NCBI GenBank assembly: GCA_963976765.1
Contig: CAXBME010000025.1
Coordinates: 113,607 to 133,606, forward strand
Direction of reading: 5' to 3'
Origin: an uncultured Planctomycetaceae bacterium
GTDB lineage: Bacteria > Planctomycetota > Planctomycetia > Planctomycetales > Planctomycetaceae
Length of the DNA stretch: 20,000 bases
The notes under the pieces: generated by a model
The model's database searches: none
Told to the model about the DNA's origin: nothing
What the model saw: only the letters and a program-made list of their open reading frames with translations
Translations under genes and position numbers: made by a program
Shown here: positions 19,393 to 20,000 of the stretch, one piece after another
How the letters are laid out: every line of letters begins with the position of its first letter
Numbering within the stretch: the first letter of the stretch is position 1

Positions 19393-19684
19393 CGCCGTTA
19401 CTTCACGTCAATGTCGGATCGCAGGGAGTCAGGGATCCGAGCGGTGTTGGGGCAGCATGTGCTCTTCGTCGAATCAGGATCGAAAGACTCACAGGTACGC
19501 CTTGTCGACCTGTCGACAACTAAAGCATTGCTCTCGCCGGAAGCCAATGACGATTAGCAGCCAGCTCGCGTTCATTCGGCCACGACTGCCACTCGTCCAC
19601 TCGCTCAGCAGTGGCAACCGCGTCGTTCCGGCCGGAATGCATCCCTTAAACTGATCCACGTCTTATGAGAGTCTGACCAGTCCT

Positions 19685-19939
19685 TGACCTTGCCCCCGTT
19701 CCAGGCCAGGGAGACTTCCGATGACGCAGAAACGCCGCCGACGTCACACGCCCGAGCAGATAGTTTCGAAGCTTCGTGATGCTGAACGCGGGGAAAGAAC
19801 TGGCGGTTGCATGAATTCGGGCGAAGCGTCTGAAGCTGCTTGAAAACGAGAGGGCACCGACGCGCGAGCGTTGGTCCGACTGAAGCAGATCATCGCGGAT
19901 TAGAAACCCGACATTCAGATGCTGAAGAACCTTGCGGAG
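19685..19939 (+). pseudogene. Degenerate IS3-family left end and orfA
   Basis: TGACCTTGCCCCCG at 19685 resembles an IS3/IS407-type left end. From the ATG at 19721: MTQKRRRRHTPEQIVSKLRDAE, then frameshifted pieces NAGKELA, AKRLKLLENE and RLKQIIAD*KPDIQMLKNLAE. This is typical IS3 OrfA with internal deletions, and no orfB follows. Confidence 0.85.
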
Positions 19940-20000
19940 TCGCCCGCAGATGATGTCCCGCTGAGTGTTGAAAGTTGAAAATCCGGTGGCGGCTCCTTTG

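Noticed and set aside
19955..20000. Possible end of another IS (TGTCCCGCTGAGTGTTG...)
   Set aside because: Cut off by the window edge, with no partner repeat or transposase visible.

Overview
Bacterial chromosomal window whose gene set and protein style suggest a Planctomycete (inference). Bases 1-14.8 kb are mostly core genome: a truncated hypothetical gene, smc with a long acidic insertion, a FlgI-like/HEAT lipoprotein, tctA plus a TctC-TctB fusion, tyrS, a Gfo/Idh/MocA oxidoreductase, a lipid A acyltransferase-family gene and tRNA-Arg(TCG) with a terminator. After the tRNA lies an accessory region: an IS66 remnant, three membrane/secreted protein genes and an IS3 remnant. The best candidate for an undescribed system is a low-GC GxxExxY (PD-(D/E)XK-like) gene between tyrS and the oxidoreductase. 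It is bracketed by 39-bp imperfect inverted repeats built from four ~10-bp-phased GGAT/ATCC motifs. A gene-less element of similar architecture lies between tctCB and tctA, and the 3' end of tyrS next to the cassette drops abruptly in GC. Both IS remnants are also interrupted by small hairpin-forming inserts. All counts were made by hand and no database searches were run.
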